Assembly: GCA_028534125.1 (NCBI GenBank)
Contig: CM052816.1
Location: 83,268,001 to 83,332,000 of the forward strand
Source: Lama glama
Taxonomy: Eukaryota
Length of the DNA: 64,000 nt
Direction of reading: 5' to 3'
In this document: positions 51,970 through 64,000 of the stretch, one piece after another
How positions within the stretch are numbered: the first letter of the stretch is position 1
Layout: the number at the start of each line of letters is the position of its first letter
The notes under the pieces: generated by a model
Seen by the model: only the letters and a program-made list of their open reading frames with translations
What the model was told of the DNA's origin: nothing
Database searches by the model: none
Program-made: the position numbers and the translations under genes

Positions 51970-52745
51970 AGTTTCTCACACTTGTTTTTGAGGATCTTGA
52001 CAATTTTGATTACTGTTCACCATTTTGTAGAATGTCTCTCAATTAGGATTTGTCTAATTTTTGTCCCCTGATTACACTGAGGCTTTGTGTTTTTTGGAGG
52101 AAGACCTCAGAGGTAAAATGCCATTCTTAGCACTTTGTATCATGTGTCCATACTATCAGTACGACACCATTTTTGATGCTAAGGCTGATCATGTAACTTG
52201 AGGTAATATTTTTCAGGTTTCTCCTTTGTCAGGTAACTCTTTTTTTCCCTTTCCATACTGTACTTCTAAGAAAGTCACTACGCACAGCTCACACTCAAGG
52301 TGTGGGGAATTAATCGGTACCTCCTGGAGCGTAGTGTATCTACATGGTTGGCTTTAAATCTTCTGCACAGGAAACTTGTCTATTATTCTTCATTTATTTA
52401 CTCAATCACTTCTTTTTATCAATATGAATGCATGGATATTTTATACTTATAATCTAAGCCTACTTTATTTTGTTTCTCAAATTGTGCCAGCTCTTTCGGT
52501 TGACACCTGTATCACTTTTGTATTTCCTCATCATTTTGTGTGTGTGCGTGCACGCGCACGCGTGTGCGTGTGTAAGACTTCCTTACTTCTGGGCACTAAA
52601 AAATACTCCAGGCTTATCTTACATATTTGCTGTCCCAGTCCTAGAATCAGCCATTTGTCCAAAGAGCTGTAGTTCTGTTTTGGAGAATGGTATTACAAAC
52701 CAAGACCCGGCAACTATGTATGGTTTTTTTGCTACAGAGTTCTGT
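51970..52745 (-). mobile_element. LINE-1 3'UTR (L1MC-like)
   Basis: ttttgtagaatgtctctcaattaggatttgtct...ggaggaagacctcagaggtaaaatgccattct and ctagaatcagccatttgtccaa. Confidence 0.75.
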
Positions 52746-53979
52746 TGATTTGAACTATTTTTGACTATGAAAACACAAGTATCCACAGGATGTTAGACAT
52801 CTAGGGAGTACTGTGAATTTACTTCTACATGATTCTTTCCAATATGGAATTTTATTCTAATGACTGTTCTTTATTCCTTTAGCTCTCTGTGCCTATAAAG
52901 TATTAGTTTTGTAATTCTCCGTGCTTTTTGATCAGCAGAAGCAATAGCCTGACTAAATCTACTACTCTCTCACAGAAAGTGTAAAACTGACGGTACTATT
53001 AAACCATTGCTAGAGTATGTCATACCCCCACTTACCAAGTAAGTCCAACATGCCATGATGGAGGATTTACCTTAAGGTTGTCTAAAATGGCACTGGACAT
53101 GATTGTCAGTGCTACGAAAGGGATTTGACATGGACCTCATATTCTAGCCTTCCTTGAAGAAGTATGTGGCTATCATCCATATATAGTCACAACCTTATTA
53201 AAAAGAGGAGTGATCTACTGAGGGGTGGAGTACAAAATTGTTTTCTATTTCTGATCCCACCATTAACTTGATACTCAACTTTGAGAAAATCACTACATTT
53301 CTGTGAACTTCAATTTTCCCATTTCCAAAACTAGGATAATTCTTACTGGGACATGAAGTTTGATGGTGTTCACGACGACTGCATAGGGGACACCCTGAAC
53401 AGAGTATTAGAGCCTCATGGCATCATTATGTGGCTGGCCTCCACACCACCCTGGAGCATGCAGTCCTAGAGTTTTTAATACCTGGCTTTCCTTGTATTTT
53501 ACATCATATTTTTATTAATATTTGAAACTTCTTATAAACAGAACTAATATTATCTCAGTTAACATACATTATTTTACCACCTGGAATTAAGAGAGTGATA
53601 AAATGATTTAATAAATACAGGGAAATTGTTTTTTATTTTATTTTTATTCTAATAATTTATCTTATAAAAATTTAGAGAAAATGTTACAAATTTGTAGCCA
53701 ATAAGATTACTTAAAACCAATAGCCTGTGTTTCTATTTCTAAAATAGAGCTAGTAACTTAAAGTAGAATCAATGACAAGTTTTACTTGGGCCTTTTAAAA
53801 ATTTATAAATTCCTATGCCTAGTAATGCCTTTCTTACTGTGAATTTATACCCAAATAATAATGTGATGATTATAATTACAATGTAGAGACAGACATGTTT
53901 TAAAAATCACAAAGGCAGAAAACCTGAGGATAAGTTTCTGATCTCTCTTGATTTGAGGACAAAGATATGTATATAGGGT

Positions 53980-54075
53980 AGTTACATACCGTGTAAGAAG
54001 AAACAACATCCAGAATTAATTGGCTTAAGTTACATACCATGTAAGAAGAAACAACATCCAAAATTAATTGGCTTA
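53980..54075. repeat. 48-bp tandem duplication (2 copies)
   Basis: 53980-54027 and 54028-54075 are identical at 46/48 positions. Confidence 0.95.
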
Positions 54076-55511
54076 AGTGTTACTAAATGCAGTAATATTA
54101 GATTATTTCAAGATGATTCTTCTGGGTGCAGTATAGATACAGTATAATATAGTTTTCTGTACTAGCGTATATACCTCAGATTGAGGAAGATGGGTCAGAT
54201 TTATTTTGTGCCAAGTATTTGTATGAGGTTATGACAAACACAGGGTCATATATAGAGACATCATGTCTGGTGCCATGCTTAGCCTCCACTGGCAAGTCAA
54301 CTGAGGTTTAACAAGAGAGGGGTGGTAAGGAATAGTGGGGGTCGTTTAGCAAGGGTCAGTGGGAGATGTTCTGTTCTTCAGCCTCTATTACATTATACAG
54401 TAGTTATGATTTTGGATAACTGGAGAATAATATGAGCTTAGTTTAGGGACTTAGATATTTATTCCTCAATAATGTGGCAATTATTTTATCAAATAACAAA
54501 AGCATAACCCTGGGCTGTGGGCAGTGCTGAATTCAGGAAACAGAAGTGTGAGTCGTAAGTAGGAAAGACTGGGACCAGCGGAAGTAGCACCAATGAAATG
54601 TAATTTACCTACTAAGTCTGAGACTATTTGGAAAAGTGTTAGAACATCATGTTTCATATTGTAATAATAATAAATAACAAGTACCTAGAGATTGCAAATT
54701 AAGGAAGATGTGGTCTTTCCATGGAAAATGCATGTATAATCCCACTTACATAGCATTTAAATATGTTCTATGCTTTTTTTATACGTATTATGGTTCCCTT
54801 CACATTACATTTGGTGTTAAGCTATAAATTGTCAGTGAGAATTTTTCCTCTATGGACAAATTAGAAAAAAGATACTGATTTGTTTTTTACTTACCACTCA
54901 GATAATATTTATTAAACCTTGTATCTTTGTAAAGAAATAGCTATTTATAAAGCAATCTGTAGGGGATACAAAGGAAAATAAGATATTGTTTCTATTCTGT
55001 GACTTTGAAGCCTAGAATTTCAATACCCAAATTCTATTTTGGAGGGTACTCAAAACACAAATGTCTAAAATCATAAAGTATTAAAAAGTGTGAAATCTTG
55101 TTGAAATACAAAAATAGGAGAAAACCTGGATATGATGTTGCTAAACTAAAAATCCTTAAAATCTAAAATCAAAATTTGAAGATAAAGGAAGTATTCAGCA
55201 TAAATAGCAGTCTGTTTGCCAACAACCTGGCCTTTAACTTTACATCCTTTTTATAATATTAAATATCTTCTCTTTCCTATATGTGTGATTGGCTTCTGCT
55301 AGAGACAAAGATTTTTTTATGGTATAATGTAAAAATATGCCAACTTTATGGGAAAAGGAATTGAAAGTTAATATCCTACACAGCATATGATGTATCTAAG
55401 ACAGCCTATAATTTTTATAAAACAGACTTGCAATCAAGAATTGGAGAATGACATCAATCAGACTGTGAGTCTGGCTCCTTGATACCAGTGCAGATCTGTG
55501 TGGATACTTAC

Positions 55512-55676
55512 CGCTCTATTCGCAGCCAAGCACAAGTTTTCCCACCTCCGGTCACTGTACTTAGGCTCTCTATTTAGCTTAGTGCTTTGTAGCCAAGCTG
55601 CCCACATCCATTTTGAAAGTACTTTGTCACAAGATTAATAGTCAGAGTTCAATGGATCTGTACTTTCTTAATGGCA
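55512..55676 (-). other. Candidate spliced exon (likely non-coding or 5'UTR)
   Basis: Minus-strand acceptor tttattttttttccattttgcctag and donor GCG|GTAAGT. 165 nt of non-repeat sequence with several CpGs. Stops in all three frames. No expression evidence. Confidence 0.35.
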
Positions 55677-58155
55677 CTAGGCAAAATGGAAAAAAAATAA
55701 AGACTGAAATTCTCTCTGGAGGTGACATCTAATAGAAACACCAAAATGTCCACCCTGATGTGTTCTGCCTTCCTAATTCTGTGGCTAATGAGGTAGGGAA
55801 GATTCCAGTTCTCTTCTCCATTCAAGTTATAAAACTCCATCACCTAGTGTGGTATCCAGTTACTTCCTTCATCACAGTAACTATGCTTCATTTATCTTTA
55901 TTTTGACAGCATTTGGCATACAGCATGACAGGAAGTGATTTCTCACAAATATTTATTGAATAGAATTGTTCATTAACTTGAAAACAATGACCCAACTGCC
56001 TACAGAAGGAATTGCTCCAATTGGCCTGAGTTGTTTAACAGAAGCAAGAAAAATCATAAAATCTTAAAATAGCAGTAAGAGCACAAAAAGTGTAGAACAT
56101 AGATAAGTGTGTAATAAGTAGTATATAGGAACCTCTCTCAGCCACCATTGGCAGTTTTAAAATGTTCTTATTCACAAGTGACAATAGTCCAGATAAGAAA
56201 AAAATAGAATGTATATATTTAATATTGGCAGATTTTACCTTTTTGTTTATTTCTTCTGATACCTACAAGATACCCCTGAATTCACAATACATAGTAACTT
56301 GTTAAATAACTAAGGCCCAAATCTGAATCATGGTTATTCATCTACATATTCCACTTGGTGAGTGAACAGAGCCAGCCATCTATCATCTGCATGTCAACAG
56401 ATCTTCGTTACCTGTATGAGCAGGATGAATGGTGACTTCAGGAAGATCTACCAGATTTCTGTTACCCAACTGCATCCTGTCACAGGATGTATTTTATTGT
56501 CATTCTTATTTACCCACAACCTGACATTAGAGCAGCAAAACACTGTACATCACTTTAGCTTTTGTAAAAGCACATGTAGTTTCAGTCATTGTTGATAAGA
56601 TGATAAACATTGGGGTTTTATAGAATCATTAAAGTCATTTTTAGGATCTATTTCATTTAATGGTGAACATAATGTGTTAGTTTTATTTGGGATATTGGGG
56701 CTTCTCAGGAATCTTTAAACTTGTCTATAAATGCAAATGTATAGATAAATTAATTTTGAATTAAATTTAGTTTCTTCTTTAAAATATTTATGAAAATTCT
56801 TTCCTCCAAAGCCATGAAATGAGAATGTCTCTATTTTGGAAAACACATACCTAAAAGTCACAAAACTAAACCAAAAAGAAAACAAAAACAAAAACAAAGA
56901 AGTTAAATTTTAAAAGATATAAAGTATACTGAACAAATTCTTGGAACAGTGCTTTAAACTCAGTAGATGACAGGTTGCTTATTTTATTTCAAAGTGAGTG
57001 AAACTAGTTCGGTTGGCTTTCAGAGCATTTCCAATCCAACACGAGTTTGAAGACCTGTATGTGTGTCTATACAAGTGTGTGTGTGTGTGTGATAGAAAGG
57101 GAAAAGGGGACATTTTATCACGAAGAAAAATAAAATCATTAGGAGGCACAGTCACACAATTTAAAATGATAGAATCAGTTAACGGAGATCACAATTCAAC
57201 AGGAAACTGTTACATGTTCACAAGTTTTCTGGGACCAAGCTTAGCTAGCCCTTTTAAAATCCTTAGCATATTCTTATTAGTGTTATATAAAATATTTAAA
57301 TGCTTTTATTGATTCATCTGCCTGATTAATAGGTTAACTTCTCTTTTGCTAAGTAGTAAATTCTACAATGCATATAAGTAAGAATTTCCCATGGGTCTAA
57401 AAATTTGAAAAATAAACAGCATTGTAACAGCGTGTTGTTAGAAATAATGCTCTAAAATTAAAACTAAATAGTGATTGCTTCAGTTAAGGCTTCACCTAAT
57501 CTCTAAAATATGGGATATATCAAATTTTGGACATGGCTTAAGTAATGTAAGAACAAACTGAAGATACATTTTAATGGATGTAGTCTCTGACAGATAAGAA
57601 GATGCAAAATTTGTAAGACTGACGACTAAACTAGGTTAAATAATGTGAAGAACAATGTTGGCAAGAGTTAAAATAAAAAAGAAAGAAAGAAAGAAGACAA
57701 AAGTAAAGGCCTACATTGCTCAAGCTTAAAGTCATTTGCAAGACTGCCTTGCCTTCAACTCACTTCAAGAATCATGAACTTGAAAGTGCCCTGAAGGCTT
57801 CTGATTTTTGTGGAGTTCAGGAACAATAACCAAAAAAATAAATAAATAAATAAGTGTGTATGATAAACCCCCTCAGAGGTTATCACAGCTGAACCAGCAA
57901 AAGATTCAAACAGCCCCAGCCAGCAGCCCCCAGAGGAGATGGAAGAGGAGTTAATGCTACGAATAAGATCAGTGCCTTGTGGTTTCACTTGAAGTATAGC
58001 TTCTGCCTTTTATTTGAGTTAAGAAAATGACCCTATGTTCTGAAGGGAAAAAAAAAAATGCTGCAGTTAGAGACAGAGACAGAGACAAGGGAGTAAAAGA
58101 TACCAAGGCAGAGGAGAAAGAGAATGAGAAAATGAGAAGAATAAGGGATACAGAA

Positions 58156-58339
58156 TTACACTGTCCTATACAGTAACTGTTAGTCATAAGAAATTATTCA
58201 CATTTCAATTAATTAAACTTAAACAAACATTCACTCTCTCACCCATGCTAGTCTCATTTCAAGTGCACAATATTTACATACAGCTAGTGATTACCATTTT
58301 GAGCAGTGCAGATGGAGGTCATTTTCATTATTTTAGAAA
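58156..58339 (-). mobile_element. MER3-like hAT-Charlie element
   Basis: ctgtcctatacagtaac...catttcaagtgcacaata...gctagtgattaccat...agaaagttct matches reverse-complement MER3. Confidence 0.6.
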
Positions 58340-58876
58340 GTTCTGATGCAAAGGGCTGACATGAAAAGACAGGTAGAAGTGAAAGAAAAAACACAGAAAG
58401 GACATAAGTAGAAGCTTAAATTGAGTGACAGTACAGATGGAGAAAGTTATGGAGGGTTAGAAGTAGACATGGGAGATAGAAGTGATATAGAAATGATATA
58501 AAGAGTATCATTTATAACTAAAGATAGAAAATTAAGACAGGGTAAAATATGGAAATGATAGTTGCAGAATAAGTGTGGAAGCCAACAATCATCTGAGTGG
58601 TTTGTAATTTTAAAAAATCAATGACTATCAACTCAGCATACCTGACATTAAGACAGAAAGTAACTGCCTAAAAGGCCAAAATTAGGGTCACAGAACTTAA
58701 AATCTGAGCAGAAAATTATTTAACTCTTTTTCACTTTTTAAGAACATAGAACTAGAATTTTAGATTTGTTCATCCTTCTTCTCTGCATTTATCTATGAAA
58801 TAAAATGGATGCATTACTGGGTCAGGAAGTGAGTGGGTACATGAAAAAAAAATATGAAAAACATCATAGCAAAAAT

Positions 58877-60505
58877 AACAAATAATCCTAAAATTTATAT
58901 AGAATCACAAAATTGCCAGAGTTGCCAAAACAATACTGAAGAAAAAGAATGAAGCTGAAGGAATAACCCTCCTAGACTTCAGACAAATTACAGAGCTACA
59001 GTAATCAAAACAGTGTGGTACCGGCACAAAAACAGACATACGGATCAACAGAACAGAATAGAGAGCCCAGAAATAAACCCCACAGGCCTATGTCACTTAA
59101 TCTTCAACAAAGGGGGCAAGAATATACAATGGAAAAAAGACAATCTCTTCAGGAACTGGTGTTGGGAAAACTGGACAGCAGCATGTAAATCAATGAAGTT
59201 AGGACACTCCCTCACACCATACACAAAAATAAACTCAAATGCTTTAAAGACTTTAACATAACACAAAACACTATAAACCTCCTAGAAGAAAATCTAGGCA
59301 AAACATTATCTGACATAAATCTTAGCAATGTTCTCCTAGGGCAGTCCACCCAGGCAATGGAAATAAAAGCAAAAATAAACAAACGGGATCTAATTAAACT
59401 TATAAGCTTTTGCACAGCAAAGGAAATCATAAGCAAAACAAAAAGACAACCTATGGAATGGGGGAAAATATGTGCAAATGATACAACTGACAAAGGTTTA
59501 ATTTCCAGAATATACAAACAGCTCGTACAACCTAATAAAAAAACAAACAACCCAATCCAAAAATGGGCAGAAGACCTAAACAAGCAATTCTCCAATGAAG
59601 ATACACAAATGGCCAATAGGCACATGAAATAAAAAATGCTCAAAGTCACTAATTATCAGAGAAATGAAAATCAAAACTACAATGAAATAACACCTCACAT
59701 CAGTCAGAGTGGCCATCATTAAAGAGTCCACAAATGATAAATGCTGGAGAGGGTGTGGAGAAAATGGAACCCTCCTACACTGCTGATAGGAATGTAGTTT
59801 GGTGCAGCTGTTATGGGAAACAGCATGGAGATTCCTTTAAAAAACTACAAATAGACTTACCATATGATCCAGCAATCCCACTGCTGGGCACATATCTGGA
59901 GGGAACTCAAATTTGGAAAGATACATGCACCCCAATGTTCACAGCAGCACTATACACAATAGCCAAGATGTGGAAACAACCTAAATGTCCATGGACAGAT
60001 GACTGGATAAAGTAGTGGTATATCTATACAATGCAATACTACTCAGCCATAAAAGGGAATAAAATAATGCCATGTCCAGCAACATGGACAGACCTGGAGA
60101 TCGTCACTCTAAGTGAAGTAAGTCAGAAAGAGAAAGAAAAATATCATATGATATCACTTATATGTGGAATCTTTAAAAAAAAAAAAAGATAAAAGAAGAC
60201 ACTAATGGACTTATCTACAAAACTGAAACAGACTCACAGACATAGTAAACAAACTTATGGTTACTGGGGGAAAAGGGGAGGGAAGTGATAAATTGGGAGT
60301 TTAAGATGTGCGAATACTAACTACTATATATAAAACAGATAAAAAAGATTTCTTCTGTATAACACAGGGAACTATGTTCAATATCTTGTAGTAACCTATA
60401 ATGAAAAACAATATGAACACAATTATGTGTATGTATATGTATGACTGAAACATTAAGCTGTACACCAGAAATTGACACACTGCAACTGACTACTCTTCAA
60501 AAAAA
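58877..60505 (+). mobile_element. Youngest LINE-1 in the window, 5'-truncated (ORF2 C-terminus plus 3'UTR)
   Basis: ORFs 59013-59261, 59357-59632 and 59734-60015 are consecutive ORF2 pieces ([34 protein letters not shown]). The 3' end is tgtacaccagaaattgacac...actgactactcttcaaaaaaa. Confidence 0.95.
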
Positions 60506-63500
60506 GGTATATATGTAAATTTTTACAATTTGAAGTCCTAATATACTTCAATTTTTCTTCATCTTGAAAAACTGATTATGAATATTATATAGAAGACCAG
60601 TCATTAATTTTTAAATGAAAATATTTTCAAAGATTCAGAAATTTAATGCAGAAGTGAAAGACAATGATCTGAATTTTATACAGGAAAATAATGCAATATT
60701 TGGAAGTAAAATTCAATTAAAACCCAACTAGAGAATTTAACATTAGGAGAGTCTGAGCATGGAACTTAAAGGCAATGTCCTCATTTTTCAGAAAAATGTC
60801 TAGATTATTTAATAACAAGTTTTTTAAATTTACATTTTATACATTTATAATTTACATATTCAAAAATATTAAATAGGAAAAATAATACAGACAGGCCTTT
60901 AAATTGTATGTAGTCAATATTTAGTGACTGCCAATCCAAATGGAAGAATTTACCTATATGTTCTCCAAGGATTACATTGAGAGCTTATATGTTTTTTATG
61001 TTATAAAGTCTCTGAGAAAGGGATTACATGAGGAAAACACATTGCATGATGATAAATATAAAAGCATCAAATCTCTTTGGGAAAAAAGATGTGTACAGAC
61101 TCTGTGAATGGCCTGTGTAATGGAAAAATAAGTCAGTAGAGTAAAGTGTAAGATATGGCATCCATGAAAAAATGATACAATTATATGTATAGAAGGATGG
61201 GTTATTATTGCCAAGTAAAGGACCTGGCAGTTATCAATCATGATACTGTCTTTCTTTTTATCTTGTGTTTTGACAGAGGCGTTTACATTTAGTACCATGA
61301 AATTGTACTAAAATCTACTGAAGTAATCATAAAATAATCTTACTGAAACAATCTACTAAAATTTTCTGTCTTTGAAACCTTTGGAGAACTTCTAAATCCA
61401 AAAAGGTTTTTAATCCTTGTGTAAACAGATTGAGGTCTTTGCAAAATGTTTCATTCCTCTGTTCTTACACATTTGGAGACTTTATACCCAGCAGAGTTTT
61501 GAGGTAGCTCTGGCTTCTCAGTCTTCAAGAGTAACCCCCGTCCATGTTCCTTGAAGGCTAGGGTTCCCTCGCATTCCTTTTGTTAGCCACTAACTGGCTG
61601 TTTCACTCTACTGGCCCTCCTCCCTTGATGCTGTTATTCACTCCAGATGTTGATAACATGCCTAAGTTTATTTCACGGTTCAGACAATCCTCTAGATTCT
61701 GACATGGATCTCAACTGTCTTCTAGATTTCTCTACTTACATCAATGATTTCAGTGGTTACTGCATTATCTCCTTCCCTGCATACCTACTTTTCCTGTCCT
61801 TTCTTACCAACCGCAATTCCTCTCCTTCCTTTCCCTCTAGTTCTCTTTTGAAGTGGGACTGATGCCCCTTCTTTGTATGCCCACACACGTGGAGCTGCAT
61901 ACTGGCGGAATTATCTGCAGTCTCATTCTGACATTCAGCATATTGTATTGTGTCATCGTCCTAAATTCCTATGACTGACCTCCAGTAGCCTCTTGAAGTA
62001 GAGAATGTTTTATTAAATCTGATTTTTTTTAAATTTCCAATCCTTACGCAGTTCTTGGCATAAAGTTATCCAAAAAGATTTCATAAATGAGTGAATGAAA
62101 TCAAAATATGAAAATAAAACTAGACTTATAATAAATATTTAACTGCACAGGTAATGTACTGTACAATTTAATTATTTAATATTATGACTAATTTTCCATA
62201 ACCTTTTAAAGTATTATTATCTGTACGTTAGAGGTGGTAGGAGGGGATAAGCCACTAAGATATTAATTAAAAGACCTAAAATTATACAGTGGAGGAATGG
62301 TAAGTCTTTCAAACACGCTAATGGGGATCATCTAGAAAACTTAAAAAAATAAAATAAAATGCATGCTATCACAGAAAATATACAAACTTTAAATTCTGAC
62401 TCATAATTTGGCTTGTAGTTTGCAGCAACCTGTTGCTACAGAACATAAAATGACAAAGACTAGAAAAATTAAAATAAAGCATCCTTTTTAAATGTATTTT
62501 TGTTAATAAATTAGCAAATGTTCACATATATGCTAGCAACACTAAGTGTGGTAAAAGCTGAATTTATTCATTATATAATAAAATATTTTCTTTGGTAAGT
62601 ACGTGTATTTTTAAAGTAATAGATGATTTTATGATGAGTTAAATCACAAAAGTATACTGAGGTTCTTAGGAGACAACGATGTAACATTTCAATGAATCAC
62701 TTGGCTCCCTTCTCAGGTAAATTTACTTCTGACAAAAACTATAAGATTGATCAGGATAATAATTTCTGATTCTTGCACATCAAACAGGTTTGATCATGCA
62801 AAGGAAGATTTTTAACTATTTCAGTCTATGGTTAGATTAAAATAGTCAAAGACTAGATATTTATTCAGAGTGGAAACAGAATACAGAAAGAAAAAGTAGG
62901 TAGCCCTGTATAGTTTGGGGAAAAAGTGGTAAGTAAATCATAAATGACTCTACTTAACAAAATCTAATTAAACTTATGGAGAAAGCTTTATTTTGCACCC
63001 TCTTGAGAAGTTCAGTTCAAATGTTTAAACTTTAAAAAAAATTAGTTGGATTGACATTTACATCATTCTGAAAATAAAAAAATATTGTCTACTTCAACCT
63101 TAGATCCCAAGAAACTCAACTAAATTGAAATAAGATTTAGTCTTTCAGGAGTATATAAAGGTGTTTTAGATCTTTGTAACAAATACACACTCCATGGCAA
63201 CATGATATTTTGCTAGTTATTTGTTTAATGCTGTTTTCATGGTATTTCAATTATACTTAGCACATAGCAGATGGTCAATAAAATTTGATAATGTGTCCAT
63301 CCTATCATTTATGATTCAACCACAGTTTATTGAGTAGACATTCTTACCTAACTAAGTATGTGCTAGGGCTACGAAATATAAATAAGGTCACAGAGCTTAG
63401 AGTGATGCAGTCAAACAACAGGAAATATAACACATCTTGATGTAAGCTAGAGAAAATTGCTGAGTTTTATAGGCGTACAGAGGAATCTCATTTCAACCTG

Positions 63501-63584
63501 CTTATATGACAGGTTGAAAAGAAGCACATTTGGGAGTTGGATGCGGAAATGTGGATGAGTGTGAAGGTTAGGAGGAGAGGAACA

Positions 63585-63812
63585 GGGGCCAGACTGATGG
63601 GTTTTTATTCCAGCCTTGTTGTTTCTAGCTGGATGACCTTGGGTAAATTATTTAATTTCCTCCCAAATATGATTCCTCATCTCTAGAGGATCGATACCAA
63701 TCAACAGTACCTTTCTAATTTATTTTGCTCTTCTTTTTTTAGAATTAAACAATCTAATGTATATAAAAGACAGAAATATCCTGGCATACGGTAAGCACTC
63801 AAAACATCAGCA
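63585..63812 (+). mobile_element. MIR SINE
   Basis: ctagctggatgaccttgggtaaattatttaa...ttcctcatct...cctggcatacggtaagcactcaa. Confidence 0.75.
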
Positions 63813-64000
63813 TTTCTCCTTTTCTGTGACATTATTCTCATAATAGCAACCAGTATATATTAGATTGGCATCATGTTTTATATTTTGTTTGCTGATGATG
63901 CATATTATATTAGGGTTAAGTGCTGAGATGATGGACTATTTCTCTTTGACTAAGATCACACTCTGGAAGGAAGAAATCCTGAATGAAATAACTGAAACAA

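Noticed and set aside
53980..54075. CRISPR-like repeat
   Set aside because: Two abutting copies with no spacers or cas genes, in a mammalian context.
57865..57992. Protein-like frame TPSEVITAEPAKDSNSPSQQPPEEMEEELMLRIRSVPCGFT
   Set aside because: Short, bounded by stops, with a weak acceptor, no convincing donor and no recognised homology.
59013..60015. Three + ORFs and an overlapping 145-aa antisense ORF as possible genes
   Set aside because: They are frameshifted pieces of L1 ORF2 and its antisense shadow. The element is 5'-truncated and lacks EN and RT.

Overview
AT-rich, CpG-poor mammalian genomic DNA, intergenic or deep-intronic, with one 500-N scaffold gap (47126-47625). I can support no intact protein-coding gene: nearly all ORFs in the track are chance ORFs or decayed LINE-1/ERV frames. 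Roughly half the window is interspersed repeat: nested LINE-1s of several ages, two ERV1-type solo LTRs with 4-bp TSDs, a 3'-truncated class I provirus (LTR, tRNA-Leu PBS, gag-pro-pol remnants), MaLR (MLT1) LTRs, L2, MIR and hAT/Tigger DNA-transposon relics. The L1 3' ends and the absence of recognisable Alu, B1, Bov-A, PRE1 or CHR SINEs suggest a cetartiodactyl, possibly a camelid (inference). The most notable finds are a 5'-half tRNA-Gly(TCC) retrocopy cut in the anticodon loop and flanked by a 19-bp TSD, the Leu-primed provirus, and several exon-like segments that may belong to an unannotated spliced transcript. Repeat family names come from recalled consensus similarity, not a database search. 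Boundaries of old repeats are approximate. I found no convincing new multi-gene system.
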